A stretch of 58,320 bases of DNA, counting the filler, from Squatina squatina (taxonomy: Eukaryota), in the NCBI GenBank assembly GCA_031763465.1. It is 3 parts of 3 records of this genome, joined end to end, with 100 filler letters (N's around TTAATTAATTAA, not from the genome) between each part and the next. Parts side by side here need not be neighbours in the genome. Positions count along the whole stretch, not along the records: positions 1 to 23,208 come from JARFOE010000162.1; 2 more parts are not named here. The stretch is one strand, 5' to 3'. The notes under the pieces were generated by a model. That model ran no database searches. It was not told the DNA's origin and saw nothing but the letters and a program-made list of their open reading frames with translations. The position numbers and the translations under genes are program-made. Below, one piece after another: positions 1 to 14,249 of this stretch. Position 1 is the stretch's first letter, and each line of letters opens with the position of its first letter.

Positions 1-3000
1 TGGCATAGTAAGGAATATTTCCAGTTGTCCATTTATCAATTATTCTCGTGTCCTCCCCCACAAAAAAATAAAGCAGAAGGCTTTTTGGGCATATCTCTTA
101 CAAGCTGTATTCTCCAAATTAGCATTTCAAAGGTTAGGGGATCTCTAATAATAGGTATAAATAGGGGCACATTGGATCACCTGAGTACAGTAAATATTAG
201 AAAATTGAGCAGATAAGAATATGCCTGTAAAGAACCTGTCTGATTATTTACCTTTCTATTTATATTAATGTAAGAAAAACTGAGCAGGTTCTTTTTACAG
301 GCATGTGCTCTAGCGTGACCAATTTTCCAATATTTGCTACACCCCAGGTGACCCAGTGGGAATGGACCCAGGAAAATCTCCCCTGATATCTTTGCTTAGG
401 ACTGACAGCATTCCCAGTCAAAATGCAGAGTATTCTAATAAAGATCACACTGGTGCAGCTTTTTAAAGAAATTATTGCCTCTAGCTCTATATTGTCCAGC
501 AATTTATCATATTTTAACAGGTGTTCTTTTGTGATTGACTGTCTAATCTTTCAAATACAATCTCATTTTGTAAACTATCTTTTCATTTCAGGCTGGATAA
601 ATTGGAACATGAGCTTGCTCTCAAGAATGGATGGAACTTTTAATGGAAACTAAACTGAACAGCTTCCTTAGAATGTACCAAGATTGGAGACTTTTGCTGC
701 ATTTAGAGCTTCAGCACTAGCTGATGTCAGGACAGGGAACGCTATGCAATTAAATTGCTAGGATTTNNNNNNNNNNNNNNNNNNNNNNNNNNNNNNNNNN
801 NNNNNNNNNNNNNNNNNNNNNNNNNNNNNNNNNNNNNNNNNNNNNNNNNNNNNNNNNNNNNNNNNNNNNNNNNNNNNNNNNNNNNNNNNNNNNNNNNNNN
901 NNNNNNNNNNNNNNNNNNNNNNNNNNNNNNNNNNNNNNNNNNNNNNNNNNNNNNNNNNNNNNNNNNNNNNNNNNNNNNNNNNNNNNNNNNNNNNNNNNNN
1001 NNNNNNNNNNNNNNNNNNNNNNNNNNNNNNNNNNNNNNNNNNNNNNNTCCTGCCTAACCTATTTAGTTTGAAATAAACTGTCAGCTGGAAAACAACCAAT
1101 TCATTTCAAAAGCATCTTTCAAAATGGATTCTGCATCATCTTGGATGACGGGAGAAAGTAACACAGTTCTATGAAAATTGGGAAAAAGTATTTCCTCACG
1201 GATAGAGCTTAATGTTTGAATAAATTGTTGAATAAAGAACTTAGCCATTTGGAAACTGAAACACTTGTGGTCATTTCCCCCCTCCCTCGCTTAGTGATAT
1301 TTGGCAAATGGCAGCTGAAACTTTAGGTCAGTTAGGGTCTGGTATTTGGAACCTGGGCTTGAGACTAGGCTTAAAGGAAAATGTCTTCCCTCTCACTTAA
1401 AGGATCTTGAATGCGATGAAGTTTGGACAAACTCATCCTAGTTGTGATTGTGCTCTGACCACAGTAAAACTGTCATAGTCACTCTTGTAGGTCATTAGGA
1501 TGGCTAGTGTGTGAAATGGAAAATTCACACTAGTACATGTATATTCTTAAAACTCACACTTAGGAAGAGTAGAGGTTTTAAGCTCCACTGAGACCGTCTG
1601 GCACAGAATTTCATTCCACTGGAGTGAAGATCTGAGATTCAGGATCAGTGTCCCTGTTTGCAGCAGTCCTGATTTTCCACCTAATTTACCAGAAAATTAA
1701 GAGTGCTGTGAATCAGGTGTGCTAGCCTCCGCATCAGGAACTGAGTCTCACCTTTTTGGTACTGTTACCTACTACTGTGCAATAACTGACCTAGGAGTTC
1801 CTGATACTGCGTACCAAAGTAGAAAATCATTCTTAATCACAAAAGGTAGCCTTGTTACTGGCAAGTCTATTATAAAAGTTCTCCTGTTTTATTTATTTTT
1901 TGCCACTAGCTTGAGCACTGATATTATGGAGGCTGGCTCTCCAAAGCATTCTGAAGGTTTCTCAGTACTAAAGTTGCTCCTGGAGTGAAAGCTGTGACTT
2001 GGATCAACCAGGATATGCAGATGCCATAAACTCCAGCTGCTTGAAACCTGGTGAGATGAACCAATTTGGGCATATTTCCACTGAAGTTCAGTGATCACAT
2101 TCTAACTGTTTAGACTCCCTATAATGTAAAATATTCAGTACATTACTTTTCAAAACTGCAAAATCTGGATCATCACAATTTGTTTAAAAAAAAAAAGGCT
2201 GAGCTGTTTATGAATTCAATACTGGAGTATGAACAACATTTTCTAAAAGCATTTAAGGTTTGAGTATTGGATTCTTGATGGAATAGTGTAGACAAAACAT
2301 TTGGAAACCATTTCAAATTTAAGTTTATATAAATGTAGTAGGTGGCATTCATTTTTCAGCATGTAATACTGAGTAATCATTTTGAAAACTTTCCAAGCTT
2401 GGTCATTTATCTCCCTTCTGTCGTATCTGTAAGTGATCTCTAAATATTTACTTTTTGACAAATTAGTTATTTTTGTTCCATAGCTGTGTAAAAAGATGTA
2501 GCAGAACAGTGGATGTATAGTTTGCACTTGGCTGCAGATGGCTTTTCTTGAACCTGTAGTCCAAGCACAATATCAGCTCACCACTGCAACCCTTGAGGTG
2601 TAAGGCAGCTTAAAAAAAATGCGTACTGTTGGCCATTAGTTGTGAAGACATTTTAAAACAAATTGCCAACATAGGAGTTTGCCATGTTTCCAGAAATCAA
2701 GCAAAACACTGATCTAAACAAAATTGTCGAGCACAAATTTTCCTGTAACTAATGGAATGGGGAGGTTGCAATATTGTTTGTTTTGGGGTTCAGGTGTTGA
2801 TTTATAAATGGAGGTTTTCTGCTGAGTTTGGAGATCCGGGATTTAACTTTATTGACTGCACACTTTTCCAAAAGTTAGTCATGGGTACAAAAATGTTAGG
2901 TGAGCCATTACTGTATTTACTGAAAATATTAGCATTGTTAAAATTATACATTTCACTGAAAGTGCTTCTCATGTATTAAAATCTACATAGCCCTATGCAA

Positions 3001-5385
3001 TTGGAGGAGAATTGTAAGGTATTTCTCTCTTTAAGGGCCTAACTTTGCATTTTAAGATTGGAAGAGCTGATCCGCTGGCAAAATGGTACATCTGGGGTTT
3101 TAATTGTATTAAACATTGTTTAAGTGGCTGTTAAATAGTTTAACTAACTGGCCCGCCGCTTGGTGTTGGGTTTGCGATACACCGGCAAACCCGACAGCTG
3201 AGAAACTTACAAGGAGGCGGGTTCAGAGCAGGACCCCGACCCACTGTCAATCAGGGCCTTTGAACCTGCACTCGCAGGGCTTGTAAGATTCCAGCCAGCA
3301 AGTGGAATGAAAACTGCTACTTTTCGTGCTAATACTGTGTGGTCTCTTGGAAAGCTTATCCCACAGACAATTCCACAGTCCACTTCAATCTGATTGAAGC
3401 CTACATGGCTGAACATACACCCTTATACTGTGTACAAATAATGCTAATTCCCTGTAACATAGCATGAGGTAAATCTCACTATCCTTCCTGTGCAGTAATA
3501 CTTCTTTCTTACCCAGCTCTTCCAAGGGCAGTGACCACAGGCCACACCCTAGTACTTCCCCCAAATGGCTGTTCAGGTATTGAGCTTTGCTTGGTTGCTC
3601 AAACACAGGAGATGCATGCAATTTTAGGTGAATGGGGGTGGGGGTGGGGTTACAGTTGGATTAGGNNNNNNNNNNNNNNNNNNNNNNNNNNNNNNNNNNN
3701 NNNNNNNNNNNNNNNNNNNNNNNNNNNNNNNNNNNNNNNNNNNNNNNNNNNNNNNNNNNNNNNNNATACTTTTATTCTTTCAACTTATCACGTCATCCAA
3801 TACAACAGTTCATATTAAAAGAAATGGGAGCAATGACTGCTTAGAAATTCTTTGTTTGAAGAAAAAGCATTTCATACAAAAGGTAAAACGGGTCTGTGTG
3901 TTCAAACTCCACAGCGAGGGCTGAGCAAAGTTAGGGTTATTTAATCAAATAAATATCGAAGTGAATGCTAGCCATGTTAAACTTGCACCTGTGTACTGAC
4001 ATGCTCCAATGCAAAATACAGCAGCAGAATTTCTTTGTACACTGTGTAATGACAGTGAATAAACTGAACATTTATCTTGCTCGTGCCTTAGTGTTAGAAT
4101 TTTTAGAACAAATTGAAGGCTTTTACCTTTACTAACTTGAATGTCCTGTTTAAAAAAAAAAAATAAAGCGATCAAAAGTGTCATTTAAAGTCCGTTTGCT
4201 AAACCCATGAATATTCCAATACTTTGACCTTAAGGTGACTTAATATATTGTGAAATTAATGGAGTTTTGTATGGCATTGCGTGCTAGTGTTTGTAGGTTC
4301 AATGTGACCATTAGAAAATGTTAGGAAGTAAGCCAAATTTCCAACTTAATGATCAGCAGCTGAATTGGAAAACCAAGATGTGATACATGTACAGTAAAAC
4401 TGAGGCTCTTTTTTTCTAACTTCTGTTCAATTGCTAAATCTTTTTGCCGAACTTGCTATAATTACAGGGTAATTGATCTTCAGGCATAAAAATGTAGTGC
4501 TTTGCTTTTTGCCATGCAAAGTTAATGTCCTTCCTGTAGTTTTGGCAAATGCTTTTAAAATTGCACAGTAAAGGCAAAAGAAGGCTGTTGCATTAAAGGA
4601 AGGTGGCATTTGCATATTGAGACCAAATTCAAACTGAAGTTCTTCCCAGTGAAATTGCAGTGCTTGTTAATCCATGAATGCAGATTGTCATTGCTGTCCT
4701 CTACCAATTAGCTTGTGTAACCGCATGGACATGTTACAAATTTTTTTTGCAGTTTCAGCAGTTGAAAATGGAGAAAAAAATAGTCTTTGTAGATGAGCTG
4801 CTTTCCTTTTCAAAGTTACTTGGGAATATGATTGTGTGGAAATAATAGGGGGGGCGGGAGAAAATGAGGGAACAGATTCTGGGAGCATTTTGTACTGGGA
4901 CAGAATGCTAGTTGTGACTGAGCATTTGGGACATGTTTACTGAAGTGTCAAAATGTGGTTTACAGAAGGATTTGCTTCAAGAGAATCCTCGTTTATTTCT
5001 ACCTCGTATTCAGGGTGTCACCCAAGTCATGCTGGATGATGTAACACTGCTTGTTCTCTCTCTATGGTTGGTTTGTCCTCTTTTACTTACAGTTTGATTT
5101 CATTAGATTGTTTCCAAGAACCTTTATACTTCTATGCAATTTTTATGTATTTGGATTTGAAACACTGTAATGGTACCACAATCTCTATTTATGCTGGTCC
5201 CTCTGCATGGAACACAAACCTTGTTGTGGACCAATATTTGAACGTTTTTTGATTTTTGTATTTAACATTGATTTGTAGTTTGGACTGGAGCCATTTGACT
5301 ATTCAAATGATTTGTCTTAGGAAGAATTTTTGACATTCATTGCATTTGTTATTTCAGCAATAAAGGGTTTAAAATGTCTTTTTTG
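1..5385 (+). other. Probable distal 3' UTR of an upstream gene (identity unknown)
   Basis: T/AT-rich with few transposon relics and no credible exon. Ends in a canonical AATAAA (5359-5364) followed by a U/GU-rich tract. miRNA seed matches cluster at 4.9-5.0 kb. The 5' boundary is unknown. Confidence 0.5.
5359..5364 (+). terminator. Polyadenylation signal AATAAA with downstream U/GU-rich element
   Basis: cagcAATAAAgggtttaaaatgtcttttttt...gattgttttaattgtgttc. Repeat-rich DNA begins a few hundred bp downstream. Confidence 0.6.
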
Positions 5386-5959
5386 AATTGAGGTGATTGT
5401 TTTAATTGTGTTCATAATTTTTTGTAAAGTACAATTTTTCAAGTTCTACCTATAGAATTTAAATGAATTCTGTAACTTCAAGAATTCAAAGTGTTGTCAA
5501 TTTATTTGTTGGAATTATTTAAACTCTCAAACAACACCAATTTAGCCAGTTCTCACTCAATACAAGTATAAGTGCACATGGTTTTCAATCTGCAGATGGT
5601 GTGCAGGTAAGATGGCTGTTGGATTACTCACAACCTCCACATGTAGGCTGTAAACAACCTTTTTACAGCAATCCACTTGATGCTCAGTCACACTTGGGCA
5701 GAAAGTCACTGCTGTGTTTGATATCTTAGACGTTAATTCCTATATGAAAGAAGAGTTCTTCACAGAGCAGGCTGAAAAGCAACCATCACAACTTCAAAGT
5801 TCTCCAATAGCAATCCTTTTGCCAAAAGTTGTTTGGTGTAAGACAACATACAATCTCATTTGCCACTAAAACTGCTACATTTGCTACGTGGTTGGATTCA
5901 AAGGCTTGAATATGCAAGGAATTTTCTGCCACTACCTCCCTTGATAACTTTCAACAATT

Positions 5960-6220
5960 TAGATTTAAATAGCGCTGCTTACATGCAAAAGATGTCTGAG
6001 CTATTCAGCACAAGAAGGTAAAATATAATGGACACCAACCATGGAGAAAAGGTAGAGAAGCAGAGAGGCTATGATGTGGAGCTGACACCTTTTGAAAGCA
6101 AGGAGGGAAGCTACAAGGCAGAGGAGCTCAGTGGCTGAGTGAGGTGCTCCAAATTTGGGGGGGCGGTTAAGGATATATTTGGTGATGGAGGATGTGTGCA
6201 GGGATTTAAGGCAGGAGATA
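5960..6220 (-). mobile_element. Highly decayed L2 LINE 3' fragment
   Basis: Purine-rich segment resembling the reverse-strand L2 3' regions at 14.3 kb and 20 kb. Confidence 0.35.
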
Positions 6221-6229
6221 ATTTTTTTC

Positions 6230-6385
6230 CCCTTCCCTTGTCCTTCTGACCTACATCTGCAACTCTTCCGACACCCTCGCCACTTTCACAGTTTCCAGTT
6301 GGTTGGCCATAACCGTCTCCTTTACACCATGGATGTCCAGTCCCTCTACATCTTCATCCCCCGCAAGGATGGCTTGTGGGCGTGC
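6230..6385 (+). mobile_element. Penelope-like element RT fragment
   Basis: Translation RLLYTMDVQSLYIFIPRKDGL matches the PLE RT motif (L/F)TMDVxSLYTxIP.xDGL. Truncated by a gap. Confidence 0.75.
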
Positions 6386-6739
6386 NNNNNNNNNNNNNNN
6401 NNNNNNNNNNNNNNNNNNNNNNNNNNNNNNNNNNNNNNNNNNNNNNNNNNNNNNNNNNNNNNNNNNNNNNNNNNNNNNNNNNNNNAGCTGATTTTGAGCA
6501 GTCAGCTTTCTTGGGGCTATGTCAGCTTTTTTGAAGCTGATGTTCAGCTTTTGCTAGTTTACTAAGTTGGCATGTATGGACACTTTGCTGTGTTTTACAA
6601 AGCCCTGCTCCCAATGCTGACTCTTCTCCTACTGAAACTCACACAATATGTGCTGGAGACAAAGACCCTCTCAAAAACCGTCAAGGCAGCAAAGTAAGGA
6701 TCTCACCCTCTGCTCATCACATTAACTAAATGGGTAGCA

Positions 6740-6990
6740 TACGGGACTATTGAGGGCAACACCAAGCAGCTATACAATATGGTGTACAACTATATGAGGA
6801 CTAACACACCTCACCTTGTACCCTGCCAAAAGGATATTAGACTGGAGTGGAAATTTCTTACAACAGAGAATGGTGACACATTCAAAAAATGTATCCTGCA
6901 CCGACCTCCCACATTCACGGTGCACAATCTCTACTGCAACCTCACTCCACCGAGGGATCAAACAGGGATGTCCCCTATCCCGCTACAGTT
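6740..6990 (+). mobile_element. Decayed L1/Tx1-clade LINE RT fragment
   Basis: Frameshifted motifs IRLEWKFL (cf. AFDRLEWxFL) and SLHRGIKQGCPLS (cf. RGxRQGCPLSP). Confidence 0.6.
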
Positions 6991-9900
6991 GGATTAAAAT
7001 GCCTTTTAAGGCTCTCCAACAGCTTTCAGAAAGTTTGTTCTCTCATTGTGACACTCACTTTCAATTGTCCTAATTCCTTTAAATTCAGTTTACCTGTAGT
7101 TTTCTCCTCCCACTACTCATGTCTGCCTTCAACTCCTCTGAGTTTTCATCTCGTGCTGTGAGCATTTATACACGAGCTTGACCAAAAGAAATCAGTGCTA
7201 TTTGCACCTGACCTTCCTGGCAGGAGTGACACTAGTGTTTAACCATTTACATCTGAAAATAAAATTGGATTTTTTTAAAAATGCGGTTTATTGCTCATTC
7301 CCATTCCTTATAATCTTCTTTCAGTGAATCCAAACCCTCTTAAATTAATTATTAAAGCTTTTTTGTGATAAGTTTTGGACAAGTAATTATTCATAATTAT
7401 ACCATATTGCTTGAAGAAGCCAATAGCACCTGATCGTCAAATTAGTGTTTCACTATATGTAATGCTAACACCGTTATGCACTCAGACACAATTGTAAATT
7501 GACCATAGTTCATGATTATAACTGATTATAATTCTCCATAATATCAAGCTTAAGGATAGTTACATTTATAGTAATGAACATATTTTCATGGCATACCAAT
7601 AAAACAATTCTATTTCTAATTTTGGACAATAGTGAACACTTGCATGACTCAAATGTTTCTTTCCATTACGATATGACAATGAAATGTAACTTAGATAATG
7701 GGAAGTGACTGATTTCTCAGAATAGATAAAGAAGTGCTAAAGGTGAAATAGTAGATTATTTTCTATTCGGAAAGGCACCATTAAGTACCAGCTGTACTGT
7801 CCAATTTTCACACATCACTGCAAAGCAAGAAGTAATTCAATTCAAAAGCACCACTGATTGGTTTGCAGTCTGTTTTGTCAGGAACATGAATCACTGTGTT
7901 GATGGCCTTCTTTATGTATCTGTTAAATTGTGTATGACTACTGTAGAATTTCAATACCTTTGTGCTCTATTCATTGAGTGGAGAATTTGATGATCACAAC
8001 ATAACAGATTCATGGTTTTAGGAAGGACATTGTGCTAATTAATCCTTATGGTTCCCTCTCTAATCCCAAGAAAAGCTCAGCTGTCTCCTGTTGAAAGAGA
8101 AATTTAATTAAGATGTTCTCCTACAGTGACACACAGTTAAAGCAGTTGCTGGACTTTAGGAGAGGTCCTACCTCATCCCATATTATTGCACAATTAATAA
8201 TTTCCAACAGAGAACCCCTGATTACATTAAAAGGATTTAGATGAAAGAAAATTCTTACAAAATTTTCAACNNNNNNNNNNNNNNNNNNNNNNNNNNNNNN
8301 NNNNNNNNNNNNNNNNNNNNNNNNNNNNNNNNNNNNNNNNNNNNNNNNNNNNNNNNNNNNNNNNNNNNNNCTTATTTTGAGATCCAAGACAGACCCGCGA
8401 TATGCAGGGTCCCACGCTATAGTGAGCTGTATTATAGCGGGGCCACAGTGTAGATTGGGTAAAATAATTCACTGTTATGAATTAGATTGTGATTACCATA
8501 AATGAGAGAGTGATGTTTCTGCAGATATATGTCAGTAATATTCTTCTAAACATGTATTTCTTATTCCAAAGAAATTTGCAGAAGACAAATAATAGGGTGT
8601 GTTATTATTAGAACAGTTTTAATTATATTAACAGCTACTTCTGAACGCTGATTATGAGATCTTTCGAAATCAGCCTCTTTGTAATGATGTTCATGTTAAA
8701 TTGTTCAGATCAGAATGAAATAGACATTTATCAGGTACAATAGAAATGATTATTAACAAATGCAATTGGTAATATATAAATTGTTGTACTTAATATGCCT
8801 ACCTATAATTAGCCCACAATATTAATAATATTATCATATAAGAATGATAAAATATAATCTTTGTCGATGACCTGCACAGAATGATCAGAGTTCCATCTGT
8901 CTCTGTGTAGTTTTTCTATTGACATAATTGTTTCCATAGTGATAGTTCCAATGATTCCAGCTATGTACACAGTACTGGACTGCATTTTACAATCTATAAC
9001 CAACGCCCATTAAACTGTAACATCCCCATTCCATTGCTATGCTGAAGTTATACGGGTAGCTTTTAACTTTGGGCACTGAATCGGCACCCGATGAGTGGCG
9101 CCCGATGAAATGTGTGAGGGACCCAAACCATTTTGACGGTCGGGCCTCATTAGCCTATGACAGGCAAGCTGCCCACGGGTTTTCACAAGTGTAAACGGGT
9201 GGGATTTCAGGTGGGCCCAGTGTCAACGTGAAGAGAGGCTGAATCTCTTGAAGCAATCTGTGGCCTCTTAAAGCGAGGGCGCCATTTTCTTCTGTACCTT
9301 GGGAGGTGAAGCTGAAGGTCTGCTGTGGCAACACAAGGGCACCGAGAATTCTGGATGTTGCTGTGGAGATCTTGTTGGAGCAAATGAGGACATGAATGGG
9401 GNNNNNNNNNNGTGCCGTGGATCGCGAAAATTGAAAAGGCACCATGAAAGATGTGTTGTGCATTAATTTGAATCAATTATTCGACTATTTCCATTGTGCC
9501 CGAGGGTGCTCCTCCCGACATCGCAAACTTCTTAACCAATATGGCGGGCGGTGCATTTCCAGATGGAAGTGTGCACACATTTTCTGCACGCCATATTGGG
9601 GCCTTATTCGTCCAAACAGAGCCTGAAAAACGGGTTCTGGGCAGACCAATTTCTAGGTGATGGAGACCCTGGTGGTAGCTGTGACAGTTTTGCTGGGAGC
9701 TCAATATGCTCTGAATTTTAAGCCATGAGGGATACAATGGAAGGAGCTTCAAAAGNNNNNNNNNNNNNNNNNNNNNNNNNNNNNNNNNNNNNNNNNNNNN
9801 NNNNNNNNNNNNNNNNNNNNNNNNNNNNNNNNNNNNNNNNNNNNNNNNNNNNNNNAGGTCCAGCAAGCGATATCCCCTTCCCCTCTTCGGCGGTGCTCAC

Positions 9901-10439
9901 TGGGTCTTCCTCTATGACTGCGACGATTAGTTACGATTCTTCTTCATTTATACCCTTTTTCCTGATTCCTTGATCGCATGTCTTAAGTTGCAGCAAGTAT
10001 TGGGTTTTTGCAGTACATGTCTTTTGGCAGAAACAATCTTCATCGTTCTTCTAAGTTGTCTGGCATCTTTAGTTCAATGTCTGCTCCCATTCGTTTTGCC
10101 ATGGGCTTTTAGAGAAAATAGCAGTGGTCTGCTCTTGCTTTTGCAAAACCTGTCAATTTAGCAACCAGCTTAGTTTTGCAAAATGCTTACAGTTTCTGTG
10201 TTAATCCTTTACATACTTACACTCCCCATCAGTCATGTCTGTTTAGCAGTAAGAGCGAGTTAACAAGACATTTTATAATCTATGCAAAAGCAAGGTTCAT
10301 AATCTCACAGTTCCCCACCTTGAGGTGGAGGAATCCTTTCCGAGTCTTCACAATTATATCCTTAATTATTTCTTAAGTAACATAGCCAGCTCCAATTTGC
10401 CTGTCCTTTCATTCAAACGTTTTGTTAAGCATAGATGAT

Positions 10440-10860
10440 GTTGGGCCCCCAATGGTTAGCGCCAGCGCCGGCTCTTTAATTGCTCTGGCCCTGGAGCAAC
10501 AGCCTCCGACAAGGAATTTTTTTGGATCAGCGCGATGTTGTCGTGCTAACTCAATGCTGAGCTGGCGCCTGGGACATAGCATTGGCAACCTCGTTTGCCG
10601 AGGTTAGTGTGCCGCCAGCAGGCAGGGACCTGCCCCCTGAGTTAAAGGGGAGGGCCACCGGCCGACACCACGGAGCCCCAGTGACCGCCACCAGGGAAAG
10701 CGGTGAATGGGCCACCAGGCCGGCACGCCAGTGAATGTGCCGGCAAACAGATTGATGCCCACTGCGGGTAACGGATGCCATGGATCGGGTGGCCAAAAAA
10801 CATGGCGGCCGCCGGCGCACACCAACTCCCCTCTAAACGGTGTTGGCAATGGCAGGTTGA
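10440..10860. mobile_element. GC/CpG-rich non-autonomous DNA-transposon-like segment
   Basis: Abrupt CpG-rich block in an AT-rich background, similar in character to blocks at 9050-9660, 30612-30770, 48595-48803 and 56537-56786. No credible coding exon. Confidence 0.4.
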
Positions 10861-13800
10861 ACCTGCTGTGCCTCTGCTATTTCCTTGTTTGTATGCCTTT
10901 TCTTTCAACCAATGATAGCTCACCATCCAAAATATAGCCTATGTTGTACCTTAGATCAGTGATAAATGTTGATGTGTTCTATAAATCATTAACTTTTAAA
11001 TACTTTATTTTCAAAAGTGATTCATTATCCCACAAGGCACAATTGTGACCAAAACAATGGAAAAGTATCCTCAATATTACAAAAGTATGCACATCTCAAC
11101 TTCTCCAATTTAACAGTACTGAAACTGTTGGGATTTCACTTCAGAATTAACCAATCTCGCACTTGACGTGTACATTCTAGGAAATGTTTCAAGATCCATT
11201 GTAGAAGAAAGAACACTTGACAAGGTCTAATTTGCCCGTGAAAGCTGACAGGTAACATATTTTTGCATCAATCTACATATTACTTGACTATAAACCCACT
11301 CAGTGATGTGAAGCACTTTTCAATCATTCGATAAAGTATCTGCAACAACAATGCATCCAAATGCCACACAACATTATTTTAAAAGTCAAAGTTAATGATT
11401 TATATAACATAGCATCAATGTAAAACACCCACACTCGACCACATCTTTTACAAAAAGCAAAAGCAGCATTGCAAGCAATTTGTAATACTTATTAAAATCT
11501 CACAGCAGCCAGCACGGGCTGAATATTTAATTTGTTTAATTGCAGTTTCACCTGCCAATCATTGATTCCAATTTACCCGGGCCAGGNNNNNNNNNNTAAA
11601 TGATAGTAATTGTTTCTGAATTAACTCATGAAGTTGGAGACAAAGACAAATTGATATATAATATGGGACATCCTTATCTGTTTGTACAAAAGCACGGTCA
11701 CCAAGACCTGTTTTACTCTTGATAGAACATCTATGAAGGATGGTTTGATCAGAAAGTCTACAAACTATCAAAGGGGAATTTTAACTCCCCTGCCATGGCG
11801 GAAAGCAGTCGGAGCGGTAGTCAACGTAGAGCTGGTCAATTTCCTGTCCCATTCCCACCTTGCGCTAATTTCAGTGTTGTTTTTTTGGGGGGGAGGCCGA
11901 GACACCCGCCTAAAACAGTCAGGAGCCCCATACATTTATGTGTATCAGGATCCTGTGATGTACATTGGCCCCAAAGACATTTGAACCGCTGGCTGAGCAN
12001 NNNNNNNNNNNNNNNNNNNNNNNNNNNNNNNNNNNNNNNNNNNNNNNNNNNNNNNNNNNNNNNNNNNNNNNNNNNNNNNNNNNNNNNNNNNNNNNNNNNT
12101 ATGTGACCCCCCCACAGGAGAACAAATTACTTACTTCTTACAGGCACAGACAGGTTTACTTGATAGCTACTGGAGTTCCCATAGAAAAAAATGATTCGTG
12201 CATCACAGGATACAACAGCCATATCATTTAAATGTTCCACATGAAGGAATCTGGACAGATCATTTAGTTCACGGGGCTACACCCTGTTTGTTAGTGCACT
12301 TTTCAGGTGAATATCGGCCTGTAAGCCTGCAAAGTTTACAATCATCAGAGGGCATGTGAATCCCAATTGCTGTCTCCCATTTACTGGCAAGTTACCGGTG
12401 GGGTCAGTGCTGGGATTCAGGCCTGAAGATATTTTGAGGACTCTTTATTTAATGCAACAAAATATGATGTAAATAAAATATTCTTGAAACACCTCAACGT
12501 GAAACAAAATGGTGTCTATGCTTTTCCTGAAACAGAACTGGTATGTCGCATTAAGAGCAACATGCTGATTATAAAATGTCAGAACACTTAACTGGTGCAG
12601 AGGCAGGGCCAAGTGATCAATGCTATTTATGACCCTTGAAGTCAGTCAGTGCTTCCAACTGTTAAATATTCATTATGGTATGTTTAATAGTTGTTCAAAG
12701 AGCACGGGGAAGATGACTCGAAGCCTCAATGGCTAAGATTAGTTAAATCACTGAGCATAAATCATTAAAATTTATGCAGGATGTGCAAATGAAACAATAA
12801 TAATGACACATTCCTGATCAAAGTAACACTAGTGGTAGTCTAAACAGTGGTGGTATTTAATCCCAAATCAGTGGTGATGGATTATCACCACTGCAGTCTC
12901 TTAGCCTCTAATTATTGAACCGATTTCTGAGCACGTGATCTCCCTCCCCCACGCTCACACATATGAAATCCTATGGAATGCCAGGACCACTGGCAAAGTC
13001 AGCAGGTAGCGATTCTTTGCATCAATGGTATTCTATTCCACCAAAGCCTGGATGGAATTCAACAGCACTAAGCAAGCACTGNNNNNNNNNNNNNNNNNNN
13101 NNNNNNNNNNNNNNNNNNNNNNNNNNNNNNNNNNNNNNNNNNNNNNNNNNNNNNNNNNNNNNNNNNNNNNNNNNNNNNNNNTTTTCTCCGTCCTACCTTT
13201 TGCTTCTGCCCACATTCTACGTCCCTCTGTCTCCCTGCATTTGTTCCCATAGCTTACAGAGTGAGTCAGGTGAGATAGACAGAAGCACAGGTGTAACAGA
13301 CAGAGCTAGAAATCCAAAACCTATTTTAATACTCGATGAATACATCCCTCGTTAAATATTCCCATCACACGCATGAAATACTGTGGCAATACGTACTCCC
13401 AGCTGTACACTAACTCAGCTGCACTTATATGAGACTCGAATCAGATTCATTGCAGAGTGTGGGATAACTATGGTATATTGCAAACATTCTGACCTGCCTT
13501 TACTGCCATCAGCTCTTCCTTTGCCTGGTGCTTAGCCAAAAACTGAAGCCTGAGATCCTCACCCATCAGTGATACAAAGAGAGAGACAGATTTAAAAAAA
13601 ACGAATGCATGTTTGTGAAATTGATGAATGTTATGAAATCTGATTGTGTTACATGTTTTTTGCAGCAGAATGGATACAAATTAGTATTAATACAAGATTC
13701 TGCAGGAAGCAAGGTTAACTTTTGTAGTAAACAGTGCTTCATTGCTGCCATCGTTTGGTCAAAGAATGCCAATACACCTTACTGAAGATCACACTTTCAA

Positions 13801-14075
13801 CATGCAGGGAACAATTTTCACCATTACAAAACATATGGCCGGAATTTTGCCAGCACTCAGAGGACGGGATCAGTGGTGGGATAGCTGTTAATTTTATAAT
13901 GATTGAGAGCGGGTCAAGACCCCGCTATCAACCCACCGCCATGCTACTTTCCCAGATGTCGGATCTGTCATTGCTNNNNNNNNNNNNNNNNNNNNNNNNN
14001 NNNNNNNNNNNNNNNNNNNNNNNNNNNNNNNNNNNNNNNNNNNNNNNNNNNNNNNNNNNNNNNNNNNNNNNNNNN

Positions 14076-14248
14076 TCAATAGTAACTTTCAAAAGTGAAT
14101 TGGATAAATACTTGAAAAGGAAAAAATTGTAGGGCTATGGGAAAGAGACGGGGAGTGGAACAAATTGGATAGCTTGTTCAAAAAGCTGGCACAGGCACGA
14201 TGATCAGAATGCCCTCCTTCTGTGCTGTGAGATTCTATGACTGATTCC
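14076..14248 (+). mobile_element. CR1/HER1-type LINE 3' end
   Basis: ORF2 C-terminus SIVTFKSELDKYLKRK, then a CR1-type 3' UTR ending ccttctgtgctgtgagattctatga. Confidence 0.8.
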
Positions 14249-14249
14249 A

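Noticed and set aside
755-1099. ORF-track entries containing X runs (here and throughout the window)
   Set aside because: They stay open only because they read through N gaps.
10422-10937. CpG-rich block as a promoter island or coding region
   Set aside because: It resembles the other GC-rich TIR elements in the window, and the overlapping ORFs have no recognisable protein features.
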